Positions 1 to 14,143 of a DNA stretch of 64,000 nucleotides are shown here, one piece after another. This stretch comes from Blastocystis sp. Blastoise. Lineage: Eukaryota > Protista > Bigyra: Opalinata. The translations under genes were made by a program, and so were the position numbers. Below the pieces are notes generated by a model, which did not search any database, was not told where the DNA came from, and was given only the letters and a program-made list of their open reading frames with translations. Every line of letters starts with the position of its first letter. The stretch's first letter is position 1. The DNA is taken from the NCBI GenBank assembly GCA_039096225.1, contig JBBPEB010000005.1, positions 682,001 to 746,000 on the forward strand, written 5' to 3'.

Positions 1-2047
1 GAAGGTACTTCGTGTGGTTCCATAAAAGTAACATCAGTATTTTGGAAAGAAATTCCCTGTATGTGAACATCGTGAATAGGATAAGATGCACTACCACGTA
101 ACTATATATATATATATTATAGATTATATATTGTAAATATAAAAAAAAAAATTCTTGAAAAGTTATATACACTATTATATAATAGATATAATATATATAA
201 TAAATAATATAATATATATACTTCAATAAGTCTTTGAGTTCTAGGAACACGAATTTGTTTGAAGTTATCAATAGTACCATTAGGGTAGAAATATAATTGT
301 TTCGTTACTTTATCATAAAACCATTCTGTAGGAGCATCTAATTCTTCAAAAACATTCTCAATAAAGAACTATATATATATATATATAATTCTTTATTAAT
401 TATTATTTTATATGAATTATTTAATTAATAGGTAGTTAATAAATAAAATAACTATATATATAAATAAATACTTCTTGACCTGTGCTACCTCCTCTAGCTT
501 CTTGGAAACCTCCTTTGGACCAGTGTAAATATCTATCTTTAGTTTCTGTATTATATTGATAATCATCAATTTCAAACATCCAAAAACCCCAATATCCCCA
601 GTGGAATCCATGGAACTATAATATAATATAGTATAGTATAGAATAGAATAATTTAATATAATATATATCATATTATAATATCAAAATAGAATATATATAG
701 TAAAATAGAATATAATTATAATAAAATATAATTATAATAAAATCTAATAATAAAATATAATAATAAAATAAAATAATTAAAATAAATAAATACGAAAGCG
801 CCAATAGGATTTTTCCATTCTTTAGGACTAAAATAAGTATCATGTGCAGTGACTCCTTTAGCAATATTATAAGTAAAAGCACCTCCACCAACAGGGTGTT
901 TTAATGCCCAATAAGAAAGAGGAGGATTCCATTGTTTACCTACACCACCAAAAGCCATGTGGTAATTATTATAAGTAGTATTATCAAAATGAGGATCACT
1001 TACATGATATTCATAAGGTTGACCAAAATGCATACAACAATCCCAACTTAATACATCAGAACGTAAGAAATTAGGTATATCTGTATGTAAACCATATATT
1101 TCATTATTACCATTAGGATAACGAGCTCTTACTTGACGTTCACCGTTAATAAATAAATTATCAAAAGTATCTATATTTTCTTTAGATAAATCAGTTACAT
1201 AAATATTAACTTTAGAACCAGAAACATGATTATCATCTCGACGAGCTGTATTTTCAATAGAATATATACCATAACACATATTAGACCATTCAGGACATTT
1301 TTCATTATGCCAAGTATAAGAAAGACATTTTTCATCTTTATTACACATATCTTGACATTCTTCATAAGTTTCTGATTTACCATAATATTTAATTCTTCCT
1401 TCAATCTCTTCACCAGATTTAAATGGATGAGCTTCACTAACAGGCCAAAGATAATTAATATTTTCATGAACTTCAAATTGATTTACTTTATAAGGTTTCC
1501 ATTCAACGTCAATTATACGAGAACCAGATATAATTACCTTTTCATTATTATAGGAAGTAATTGTTAATTCACTATCTACAGGAGTTAAAACAAGTTTCTC
1601 TTCAAATACATATTCTCCTTCACGAATAAAGATAACTTTCTTTCCTTGAACAGTTCTAGATTTGTAAACAGCAGCTTGAATTGTAGCAAAAGGTTGTTCA
1701 AAAGAACCATCATAAGAATCTTTACCTACTTTTTGGTCAACATAAAGAGTATAACCTTCAGGCTTAAGTTTATCTTCAGGAACAAGAATAGGAGCATCTT
1801 CAGCAGGAACAGGAACTCCACAAGTATCTAATTGAAGAGCACGATATACAGAAAGAAGTTCTCCACGTTCAGGTAAAAGTTTCTTAGCATAAGCATAAGC
1901 ATCCGTTCTTACAGTACAATCAACAGTAGTATTGACATCAAGAGGACTAATTAAATCATGGAATTTACCATTAACAAAGATAGGATCCATTAGGGATCGA
2001 GCTTGGATAAGTACCAAGAGAGTACATAACAAAACAAACGTTTTCAT
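1..2047 (-). CDS. Secreted right-handed beta-helix (pectin-lyase fold, GH141-like) protein with PAN/Apple insert; spliced, 3' end runs off window
   Basis: Signal peptide; GKDSYDGSFEQPFATIQAA, LFINGERQVRARYPN, WGFWMFE, GGFQEARG, FFIENVFEELDAPTEWFYD, EPHEVPS motifs over GT-AG spliced exons; Cys pattern ECQDMC..CLSYTW..CY. Confidence 0.75.
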
Positions 2048-2405
2048 TTTCTTTATAAAAACAAAAAAAATATGTTAAAGCGTTTGAAACAAAAATGCCT
2101 ATTTATGTTCTAGATGCTCTAACGCAAATAAAACAGATAAATATTGATATCATGATCCTTTTTCTATAGATCACTTTATATAACTATAGGGTATATAAAT
2201 CGTGGTTGAACCCAATAAAAGGGGGGCCCAAACATCTTCTTCCCCAAAAAAAGGTGACAAACTATTCATCATAAATACCATTTTTTGTGTCACTTCTTAG
2301 TGGAACCATTCATTTTTTCTTCTATTTTCTGCTTGAACATATCGATAACTGATTAATGATAAAGCGATTTTCATTCATAAACGAAAATAGCATAGTGTTT
2401 TATGC

Positions 2406-2570
2406 ATAAAAAGAGATCCATGTTCGTGAATGAGCCGACATTTTTATTTTGTTGTGCTATTAGGAAGGTTCATGAGTGTCCATGAGTAAAGCTACTTATG
2501 AGGAAGATCATTATGGATATTCAATTAAGAGAAAAAACTCAATTTTTTTAAACAAAATTTTGTTTTTTTA
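2406..2570 (+). ncRNA. Candidate structured small RNA with U11-snRNA-like 5' end
   Basis: AAAAAGAG start, GTTC-GTGAAT-GAGC hairpin, several G-U containing stems on + strand, Sm-like AATTTTTTT at 2541. Confidence 0.3.
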
Positions 2571-2743
2571 TGAGTAATTACGGTCATTAATTTATTGAAA
2601 TGATTTTATATATCGTAAATTGAATTATTTGATTATGAGAAATATAAAAAAAAAGTAATGGAGATCAATAATTCTACATTACGAAACGGTTTTTGGTAAT
2701 ACAAGACTAGAAAAGTAATTAAACAAAAGTTATGTTCATTTAA

Positions 2744-4683
2744 TTATTTATATATATTCCAAAAGAGTATTTTTGTATCTTCTGAACCACTTATCAAATC
2801 ATTATATTTACTAAAGTCGACGCACGTGACAATAGACTGATGATCATGTAAAATAGCTAACGGATTCATATTTTTAGTTTGAAATAGTCTTATTCTAGAA
2901 GTATATAATATAATAAATAGAATGAGGATAATAAAGTATTTATATTATTATTATTATTATTATATATATACTTGGTATCCCATCCTCCTGTAGCTACTAT
3001 TTTATCATCATTCCTTATTTTTATAGTACCTAATCCCTCTCCTTGTATAGATATGGTCTGTAATAAAGATAATGAAGTCTATATATATATAATAGTATAT
3101 TTATACACTATCTATAATGTATATATAACAATAGTATACTATTTGTATAAACTATCATTAATGTATATATAACAATAGTATACTATATGTATAAACTATC
3201 ATTAATGTATATATATAACAATAGTATACTATATGTATAAACTATCATTAATGTATATATATAACAATAGTATACTATATGTATAAACTATCAATTATAT
3301 ATATATATACATTTGTCAAGTCTATATTAAGTTTAAATAGTTGTTTTGAAGACCCTCCGCATATAATAGTATTTAAAGATGATGTAATATCAAATGAAAG
3401 TACTAATGGTATTCAATCATTAGTATAAGAAGGATATGATATATATATAATAATAAGTATATATATATAATAATAAGTATATATATCTAAGTATCAGTAT
3501 AATAATATAATAATAAGTATTATAATATAATAATAATGAAAAGTATAATAATAATACTAATGATAATAATAAAAATAATTATAATAAATGTATATATATA
3601 TATGAAAAATAAAAATTGGTGAATAGTAAAAACAATTATAATAATAATTCGAACTACTATACATATATAAATAATATATATAGAATATACAGGTAGATTC
3701 AGATATATGTAAAGAGCAAAGATATTCATTAGGATTTCGTACGTCATGAATTATAATATTACCAGCATCTGTGCAACTAACTAAATGATCTATATATATA
3801 TATATATATTAATGATAAACAATATCTATTAGATCCTTAAAATAATAGAAGAATAAAATCAATAAATATTGAATCAAATAATAATACTATATATATATAT
3901 ATACATGTAGAAGAATGTGATTCGACTAGTTGTGAAGCTAGTACCATTCCTTCTTTTTGTTTATTAAATAGAAATGACACAGGAGAAGAAGAAGAAGAAA
4001 TAGGATCATATAAAGATATCTATATACAATAATTATAGAGAACCCATAACCTATTATATATATATATAGAAATATTTTAAAACAAAAGTCAATTATATCA
4101 ATATCATAAACTATAAAAAAAAACATTAAAAAAACATTAAGGATTATAAATATATATATATATATATATACATTTCCTTCTTCTTTGGAAGAGGCTGTAA
4201 AACATGATGAAAATTGTGTTCCTTGTACTATTGATAAATATATATATATATATTTATATATATAATCAAAATATATTTATATATTATCAATGAACATCAT
4301 AAAATTCTGTTGATAAAAATAATAATAAATAAAATACTTTGTCGAATAGGACGAGCTTGAGTATAAGCAAAACATCCTGTTTCAAGAGAAGAATTTACAA
4401 AACCTAAACCTTTATGGATATCGTAGATGTACACCATTCCATCTCTTCCATGACTAAATATTTGTGTGTCATTCAACTGATCTACACTTAGTAATCCTCG
4501 TTTATGTATGTTTTTAATATTAGATTCAATACGTTTCGTCATAGAATTCCATAAACATACGTCTCCATCTATTGATCCTGAGAGTATATAAGAGTCATTC
4601 TCGCCAACAAATCGACAACTCTGAACAGGAGTCGTATGTGCTCTTAGCATAAAAATAGGATCAGGTACTTTTCCTAATGTCAT
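2744..4683 (-). CDS. GNB1L: WD40 protein ASA1/GNB1L-like, 6 exons
   Basis: PDPIFMLRAHTTPV N-terminus, SHGRDG, IRNDDKIVATGGWDTKIRLF, SGSEDTKILFWNIY C-terminus; all introns GT-AG and in frame. Confidence 0.8.
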
Positions 4684-5481
4684 AGATCTTTTAACAATTG
4701 ATTTGAGAACGATAAAATGATTTAAAGAATTCGTATTATATAAATATTTTGATATTTTAACTGTGTTTGAAGATTTAATCACGAATATTTCATATGATTT
4801 TAGAAACTCATTTTTTTTTTTACTTTTCTTAGTTATTTTTAGCTTTTGAATATTGTTTTAAAAATAATATCTATTGAAGATACTTTGGAATTGAGTAGGT
4901 CACCTTAACAATCAATTTAATTCTATGTAGATATCGAAAATAATTAATATACTTAAGATTTAAGTAATAAATTGTATGAGAATGATAAAGATGGTATAGA
5001 TATATGTATTTGTTTGTGAAGATGATTAGTTACTGCTATGGATGAGTTTATTCCTGTTCCTTTGATATCAATGTTCTGTTTTTGTTATCTATATGCGAAA
5101 TTTTAATTGAAATATGATATCTATAGTAAAATAAGCTGATTGAGATATCACTTATATGATATTTCTGAAAAAGTACTTATTATTTGAATTATTAACTGAA
5201 TTTTGTCTTATTTTGTAAAAGAACAAATCAATATGTCTACAGTATTTGATTAATAAACATTATACTATAAAAATAATTAATATTATTCTATATACATATA
5301 TTTGTAGAAAAACCTACAACAAAACCAAGTCATTATTATTACATATACACATGAAAACTATTGAAAACAAACAATAGATTATTTAAAAATTTAGAAAAAT
5401 ACATAAATACATAAATAGACACAATACATAATAATATATTATTAAAAATAATACATAATAAAAAGAAAGAAATTTCAATAT

Positions 5482-6576
5482 TTAACTTTCACTAGGATTA
5501 GTAATTAGTTTAAGAATATGTTTTCCACCGAAATGTTCTTTAATACGATCATATTCACAATCTTCACAGAAATATTGAGCTTTACAATTAATACATTTAA
5601 ATCGAATTCCTACAATTTGATTCGAACCACAAAGACAACAACGATATTGTTTATCATGTAGAATATAGTTATCTTTATCAGGTAAATCATCCTTAAATTC
5701 CATCTTTGTTTCTTTAGTAATAATTGGTTGATATCTCTTAGCTTCTGACCAATTAAAATGAGTACCACAGCCACTTTGAACATCACCACCATGGAAGTTT
5801 TGACCACATATCATCATATCACAACCACTTAATTTTTGAATAACACGATTACATTTTGGACAATAACGAGATGTACTAGCTAAACGAGACTCATCAGATT
5901 TTAATGCTTCATAATTATCCTTTACTCTCTTCGCTTCTTTTTCAAATTCTTCTTTCTTTGCCTTCCAATCTTGAAAAATACCCTTACTTTCTTGTCTTTG
6001 TATCATACGATCATATTTTATACTAGATTTCCATTGATTATATTTCAATTCAATAGCATCTCTTTCTAAACAACCAACTGAATAATGAGCCAATTTCTCA
6101 CATATAGTACACGTACAAGTATGACATTTAGGACACTCAATATCTCTACATACTTCACGGCACTCACTTGAAACAGGAAGTAATAAACCACAAGCTGGAT
6201 TGCAACAACAAATACTAATAGCTCTATTATTTTTTTTTGCATAATAATCAGATAAAATAGTACTATAATGTTCAAATTCAGGATCACTTGCATCACCACT
6301 GCACATAACACAAGCATATTCATCAGGCTTCAAGAAATACTCTTCATCACTGCAAAAAGGGCACATAGGACAGCTTCCATTCTCAGGAAAACCACTAAAT
6401 TGTTCTTGAAGACATTCAAAACACACCACATGATGGGGCTTACAGCTTAATGTGAACATTTCATCAATTGTTTTTTCAGTAGAACATACACTACAAACTA
6501 AATCAGGAATATCAAATACAGATTCTTCTTCAACATTAGGATCAAAGGGATCAAAGGTGTCATTTGACGTTTCCAT
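5482..6576 (-). CDS. RBR (RING-IBR-RING) E3 ubiquitin ligase with C-terminal ZZ zinc finger, intronless
   Basis: RING1 CSVC..C.PHHVVCFEC..CPMC; IBR; CPKCNRVIQKLSGCDMMIC; ZZ CCLC..IVGIRFKCINC..FCEDC..H..H. Confidence 0.85.
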   Translation of the reverse strand: METSNDTFDPFDPNVEEESVFDIPDLVCSVCSTEKTIDEMFTLSCKPHHVVCFECLQEQFSGFPENGSCPMCPFCSDEEYFLKPDEYACVMCSGDASDPEFEHYSTILSDYYAKKNNRAISICCCNPACGLLLPVSSECREVCRDIECPKCHTCTCTICEKLAHYSVGCLERDAIELKYNQWKSSIKYDRMIQRQESKGIFQDWKAKKEEFEKEAKRVKDNYEALKSDESRLASTSRYCPKCNRVIQKLSGCDMMICGQNFHGGDVQSGCGTHFNWSEAKRYQPIITKETKMEFKDDLPDKDNYILHDKQYRCCLCGSNQIVGIRFKCINCKAQYFCEDCEYDRIKEHFGGKHILKLITNPSES

Positions 6577-7408
6577 TTCTTTTTTTGAATTCTTAAAAAT
6601 AAAATAATATAAATATAAAATAAATAAAAAAAATTTATCAAGTTTTCATTTTTAGATTTAGGTGACTAGTCAGTTTTTTTAACGAGAATTTTTTCTATTT
6701 AATTTTTCATTTACTAGGTGTTTGTGGATAATGATATACATGAATTATTAAATACTTATAGCTACTAATGTATGTATTTGTAGTATATAGGTCATGATTC
6801 TTTTTATTTAATGGAGAAATGAGTGATAATTAGAAAAGAAATGTCTTGATATTTTAATATTAATTCTAGTATTTCATCTTGATTAGTTAATATAAATTTG
6901 TGCTTCTCAGTTTGTGAATATGTTTAATAATAATGAAAATGAGTTAATGATAGTTTGTTAGAATTGTTTTGATGATGATAAGTCAAGTATGTTATAGAAT
7001 TATGGTAGCAGATATGATAGATAGTCACGTAAGCAATTGAAGTTTATACATAAGATTTCACTGATATTTTTTTAAGAATTAGAATGATCTTTTTTTTATA
7101 AATATTCGTGTTGTGTCCTGTTACATTTATATATATATATGAATTGGAGAATATTTAATAATACTATTGCATAAATTCCAGTTGAATACAAAACAAAATA
7201 AAATAAAAAGATAAAAATAAACTGACTTGTTAATGAACATAAAAGAAAAAGAAAAAGAATTTAAAAAAAACGAAAATAAAATTAAATTTGGATTATATAT
7301 GAATTGTTTAAAGTATATAACTTTATAGATGAAATATAATATAAACATATAGAATATATATAATGAAATGTAGATAGTATATAAATAATATATATATATA
7401 TATATAAA

Positions 7409-7704
7409 TTATTCATCATCATCAGAAAATGCTTCGAATTCTAAGAACATATCATCTGGTACTTCTTGTTGCCCGCCATTACAAATAGGGCAACAAAAGG
7501 TGGGCATCACAGCATATTGAGGGTCTTCAGGATCAAATGTAGAGATATGCTCACATAAACAATCTTCATGATATATATGTCTATATATATATTAATATAT
7601 ATAGAGTATATAATGAGGTTGATAAATAATAATGAATATATATATAATAGAATATATATATAGAAAAATTATATATGTATATAAAGAGAGACACTTTATA
7701 AATA

Positions 7705-7754
<50 letters not shown>

Positions 7755-7901
7755 TTGCACATAAAGGCAATAACATCATTCGCAACTCTTCTTCGATTTT
7801 CATGTTTATATGTAAATATAGTTTTACCACAGAGAAAACAGGATTGTAATGGATCTAAAAGAATACCCAAATGGCGGGCATCACAACTAGAAGATAAGAA
7901 G

Positions 7902-7940
<39 letters not shown>

Positions 7941-8066
7941 TATATAGAATAATGATTTTTAAAATGGATATTAATAAGAATAACGAAAAAATAATAGTAT
8001 TTATAATAATAAAGAATAAGAATATATATATAAAAATAACATAAATTGATTACATATAATAATAAA

Positions 8067-8147
<81 letters not shown>

Positions 8148-8354
8148 AGTCTTTGCATAAAGTAGTAAGATCAGATAATAATATTTGATTACACCCTTCT
8201 CGTAATTCTACTTCTAAATTATAATTCTCTAATAAATGACTCACCTTCTCTTTTAAATTAGGAATAATCATCTTATTAGGGATCTTGTCAATAAGAACTA
8301 GAGCATCAATGTAATCACTCATCTTATCTAATAAAGCTATATATATATATATAT

Positions 8355-8432
<78 letters not shown>

Positions 8433-11400
8433 TAGAAAAAAAATAATAATAAAAAAAAAATAATTATATATATATACCAGAGACAAATTCAGGTTTCATA
8501 TAAGACATTTCAACTAAATCATTCCATAGGTTTTGTTCACGATATTCATCAACAAAACTAAGTGCGTACTCAGCATCTCCTAACTCATATACAATCGTAC
8601 GTAGAGCTTCCTGCACATTTCCCATTCGTCCCAGAAGATACACTATTTCACGATTCAAAGGGGGATTGTGTTCGGAACACAATCGTTTTGCTTCTACAAT
8701 ATCATAATTCGTTGCTACTTTTAAAAATTCGAGAAGTTTCTCTGGACAATAATTAATTAATAATGATAACTATATATATATATAGTTATCATAATAATAG
8801 GATTTTGAAGAGTAATTAAAAAATATAGTATATTATTAGTTATTTAAAATTATATATATATATATATACATGTGTTTTTTGTAATGTTGAATAATCACTT
8901 GTATTATATTCTATAGTATTATACATAAATAGTTTATTTAGATAAGTAACATATAATTCAGGTGAGGATTCTAGCTGCTCTCCCACGGTTATTGGCTATA
9001 TATATATAGATAAATGAAAATAATGTAAGAATAATATAAGTTTAAATATATATATATATTTAAGATTATATAATTAGACTAAAATAGATTCATATTATTA
9101 TCTTAATAATAAGTATAGAATATTGAGTTATATATATAAGTATAGAATATTGAGTTATATATATAAGTAATAAATATTGAGTTATATATATAATTAATAA
9201 TTATTGATTTATATATATAATTATATAATATTGATTTATATATATATATACATTGAATTCATTAGTATGTCGAATAAGCATTGAGTAAGCATATTCATCA
9301 TTTAATCGGATAAGAGGAAGGACCTTATATTTAACAGTATTATATAAATGATATTGCTCTATAAGACGGAATAAAGGCTCCTTTATAAAATAGAGGCTTA
9401 TTTAGATATATAATAATATAATAATATATAATAATATATAAAAAAATATAATAATATATAAAAATATATAATAATATATAATAATATATAATAATATATA
9501 AAAATATATAAAAATATATAATAATATATAATAATATATAATAATATATAATAATATATAAGAATATATAATAATATATAATAATATATATACTGTTTCT
9601 TGTCCTTGTATTCCAGTATCTAGATATAAAGTAATAGCTTTCTCATAAAGACCGTTCATTATATAGATCTCTGCCTTCGCTTCAATAAAGGATGGATTCA
9701 TATTCGAAGATAAACTAACATCCTATATATATATATAGAATATATATATATAGACATAGTATTACTAAAAATGACTAATAACAAAATAAAATAAAATAAA
9801 CTAAGATAAACATATATATATATACATCAACTCTTTTCAGTAAGAATTCGACATCATATAAATTATGTGACGCGTTTTCAATCGAAGCTTTTGGCCATTT
9901 ATATAATAATCTTAAGAATTCCTTAGGTGTATATATCATAAAATGACATAAAATAAGTGTATAAATAGGTTGCGCTAGTCTAGGATTATGAATAGGTATA
10001 GTATTGGATAATGTAGTTAATTGTTGATAACTAGTAAATATAGCAATCCATTGACTCCAAAGGTCCTCATTATTACCTATATACTTAGGAAGAAGAGAAG
10101 CTGCCTATATATATATAAATATAAATAAATTAAAATATATTTATAATAAGTTTTATATAATAAAATTATTATAATAATAAGGATACGTAACAAAATAATA
10201 TATATATATATATAATAATATAATAAAAACAATATATATTATATATATACATCTTCAAAGAGTCCTTTTTGTAATAAGTATTGAAGATGATCATATTGAA
10301 TAGAAGTAACAGTAGATTCAGGTATATGATTGGATGGATCTTCAGCTACTTGTATAGCACATGTATATAAATGTTGTTCTATATACCAATTCATGTGATC
10401 AGTAGGAGTACGCATATATACACGAATTATTGTCTATAGATAGAGATTATTATTTATTAATTTATCTATTTATTATTATATTTATAGTATGTTTATTTGA
10501 TTTATTATATTTATTATTTATTTATTCTTTATTATTATTATTACATAATAATAATTATAATATATATATATATATATACATGAGGTGCTAAGATATAAAC
10601 ACTTGATATTTGTTGATTAAATTGGTCTATTTCTCTTCTAGTATATAAATGATAATCTAAAGCAGTCAAAGACTCACAGTCTATATATATATATATATAT
10701 AATAGTATCATTCACAATAATAATAATTATTATTATTATAATATATATACTATCTAGTTCTATAGTATTTCCTTCAATAGTTGTATCTGTCTTTATATCA
10801 ATAAGAAGAGATTGAGGAACATCACAATCTACTTGTATATTTGTAGGATCAGGATAAGAGAAGATATATATATTATCATCTGAAAAATGAGATATGCCAT
10901 TAATCCAATAAGAATGCTATATATATATATAAAGAATAATAATAATAATTAAAAAAATAGAATTCAATATATATATATATACTTTATTAATACTATCAAC
11001 AAGTGTTTCATAGGTGACAGTTCCATTTGGTTTAGTAACAGGCTTAATAGAGAGTTCTTTTAGAACACAACCCCAGCTGGCATACATGTGATAATCATCT
11101 CTCCAATAACTATATATATATATATATAATAATACATATCAACAAAAATATATATACCCTACTTTAATTAATAAATATAATAAACATAATAAACATAATA
11201 AACATAATAAATAATAAATATAATAAATATGATAAACATAATAAATATTAAACATAAATATAATAAATATAATAAACATAATAAATATAATAAACATAAA
11301 TATAATAAACATAATATATATATATATATATATATATACAGATAGGGATGAATGTCTTTCATATCGGGACTATTTTCAGGTCGAGACATATAATTCAAAG

Positions 11401-12169
11401 GAGACTCAGTATCTAATCGATATAATCGACAACATACATTATTAATCCATGATAGAAAGAAACCTCGTTTCTCTATACAATATATAGTACCTTCATTATC
11501 ATTAGGAATCTCTTTATCTTTTGTACCAAATAATCCTTTTTTATTTATATATATATGACCTGATTGTGTTCCTACATAGAAACAACGGTCACGTTTTCGT
11601 AACATATCTTTATCAAGCAAAAGAGCCTATAGAAATAACATAGAAATATATAATATATAACATGAATTAAAATAATTAAAAGAATAAAATTCATTAAAAT
11701 AATAAAAAAACACGAAAAACAAAGAGTATAGAAAAGAAAATATGAAAAAAAGCATACAGTAATAGGACTGTGATATTCATGGAATGTTTTATCTGCATTT
11801 GTTATTGTACATAAGCAAACCTTACCCTTTTCATCACCAGTTAAGATATACTCTCCTGTGAGATCAAAATCAATTGCGGTAATTGCTGAGATATGGTTAT
11901 CAAACTTTCTTATAATTTTGTTATTTGTATCCAATATGATAACAGAACCATTATTGCATCCAACAGCGTAATGTCTTTTGTGAAATGAAGCTGCTGTCAA
12001 CGTATTTGTGATACAAATCTAAAATTAATATAATTCAATATAAAATAGATATATTTAAAGTTTAAATAGATCAAAATAAGCATACACCCTCCAAATCTCC
12101 CTTTAACTTCTTGTATTTTAAGTAAGGCTCCTTTTCTATTTGTTCATTCGTATTTTCATTACTCGACAT
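7409..12169 (-). CDS. VPS41: Vacuolar protein sorting 41 (HOPS subunit), multi-exon
   Basis: EPYLKYKKL N-terminus, WD40 propeller, REIVYLLGRMGN..AL, IPNLKEKV..LLENY, C-terminal RING-H2; all junctions splice in frame as GT-AG. Confidence 0.92.
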
Positions 12170-13280
12170 TCTTATATACACAAGAATCCAATAATAATTG
12201 ACTTTGAAATTGTTTAAAAAATACAATAGTACACTGAATAATCTTTTGTTTTTTGAATCATGATTATCAAGGAAAAACAATCAGAAAAAGACAAAAAATT
12301 CAAAATTTTTTTGACACTCTTAATCTTTACTTATTTACATCTTTTGTTCATATTGAATATACTCAAGTTTTCTGGATATCAATAATGAACTAGTGGACAT
12401 ATTTCTGGAATACATAGAAATGCTTTTTTATAACATTTTTTAAAAATAAATTTTTATTTTCAATTAATAACGAAAAATACTTATATGTAATGACTTTTTA
12501 GACATATTCCAAATTGTTTAGTCATCAAATGATCTTTTATATACAAAAACTTTGAACAATTCTTTGCTATTCAATTTAAAACCCAATAAAATAGAATGCC
12601 TGATAAATTATTAGCTTTTACTTTTCATGATCTATACATTTTCATAAAAATATTTACAAAATAGAACATTATGAAACAGTATTTCTAGTTTGGATGACGG
12701 TTTTATCGATATTCAATATCTGTATATAAAGTATATCACTTTTCTGTGAAGTTCATAACTGTTGTATCCATTAATGTTACGAAGATTCATTAACTATCAT
12801 CAAATGCATTATAAAAAAGTCACTATAGTAATTTCTATGAAGCGCTAGATATTCCTCTAAAATATTACATATTTAATGCTTAAGAATATGAAATTATTTA
12901 CATAAAATCAAAATTAGTCATCTCACTCTCCATTATTTTATCAACCATATGATATTATTATCTTCATGTTTCAAATATTCAATCAAAAATTGATCATTTT
13001 TAGCTTAATTAATTTAGAAAATAAGAGAAAAAGAAAAACAATAATTGAAGTCTACGATTAATTCATGGAAATAAACATTATTTTGGGCAAGAAAAAATAC
13101 TTTCGGGAAGGATAGCAAAATTATTTTTTATAAAATCCAGGGGTAAATGAAAGACAACACATGAAATTTCTATAGCAACTGTCTTACCCCCAGACTCATT
13201 TTCTTTATTTTTTAAGCCAAATTTTTGTGAGTTAATATAAACAATTTTTACCTCTGTTTATTCATTAAGACATTTTTAAA

Positions 13281-13897
13281 ATGGCCAAGGAAAACAAGAT
13301 TGCTCCTGTCACTCGTGATTACACCATCAATATTCACAAAGCCATCCATAAGGTGTAAGTTTTTTTGACATTCATCTCCTCATTCTATCTATTTCGTTTT
13401 CTTTCTATTTAATTATATTGAGATTATCGCCAATTTTTCATTATACTATTTATACATATTAAAATGTAGCTTTCAAGAGACATGCTCGTTATGCTGTTGA
13501 TGCCGTCCGTAAGTTCGCCAAGAGCGTTATGGGTACTGAAGATGTCAGAATCGATACCAACCTTAACAAATACATTTGGAACAATGGTATCCGTAATGTT
13601 CCCAGACGTATTAGAGTTCGTCTTAGCAGACGTGTTGCCTCCAAGGAAGAAAACAAGGTATATTTTATTGTCTTATAATTTCAATTAGGCATTTTTTTTT
13701 TATTTTATATTTTGATTATTAAATAAATATATTTCTCAATATTATGGAATTATTTATTTTTTTGAATTTTTTTATTATTTTTACTATTAACTATATTAAT
13801 ATCCCTTATTTCTTTTAACAAGTTCTACACTTATTGTGAAGTTCTTGAAGTTCCTACCTTCAAGGGTCTCCAAACTCAAAAGGTCATTGATGCCTAA
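13281..13897 (+). CDS. RPL31: 60S ribosomal protein L31 (eL31), 3 exons; first junction anomalous
   Basis: VTRDYTINIHK, MGTEDVRIDTNLNKYIWNNGIRNVPRRIRVRLSR, FKGLQT. Confidence 0.93.
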
Positions 13898-14143
13898 ATC
13901 ATTTCCTATTTAAGTGTTTAAAACAGATGGTATCAAGTTCTTTTGTTTCGTAATTCATGAATTCATATCACTTTATGTCCAAAGTCTACTTCTTAACAAC
14001 TTTATTATTTCTCTATTATCACCTCTTTTATTATGTTATGTATTTATATATGTATGTATATTTTAAACAAAAACAATAATTAAACATTTTTTAAACATGA
14101 CTAAGACTATAACATAATAATTTTATATACAAAAAATATATAT

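Noticed and set aside
2490-2510. ACTTATGAGGAAG resembling U12 snRNA 5' region
   Set aside because: Branch-pairing UAAGGA and 5' UGCCUUAA are absent
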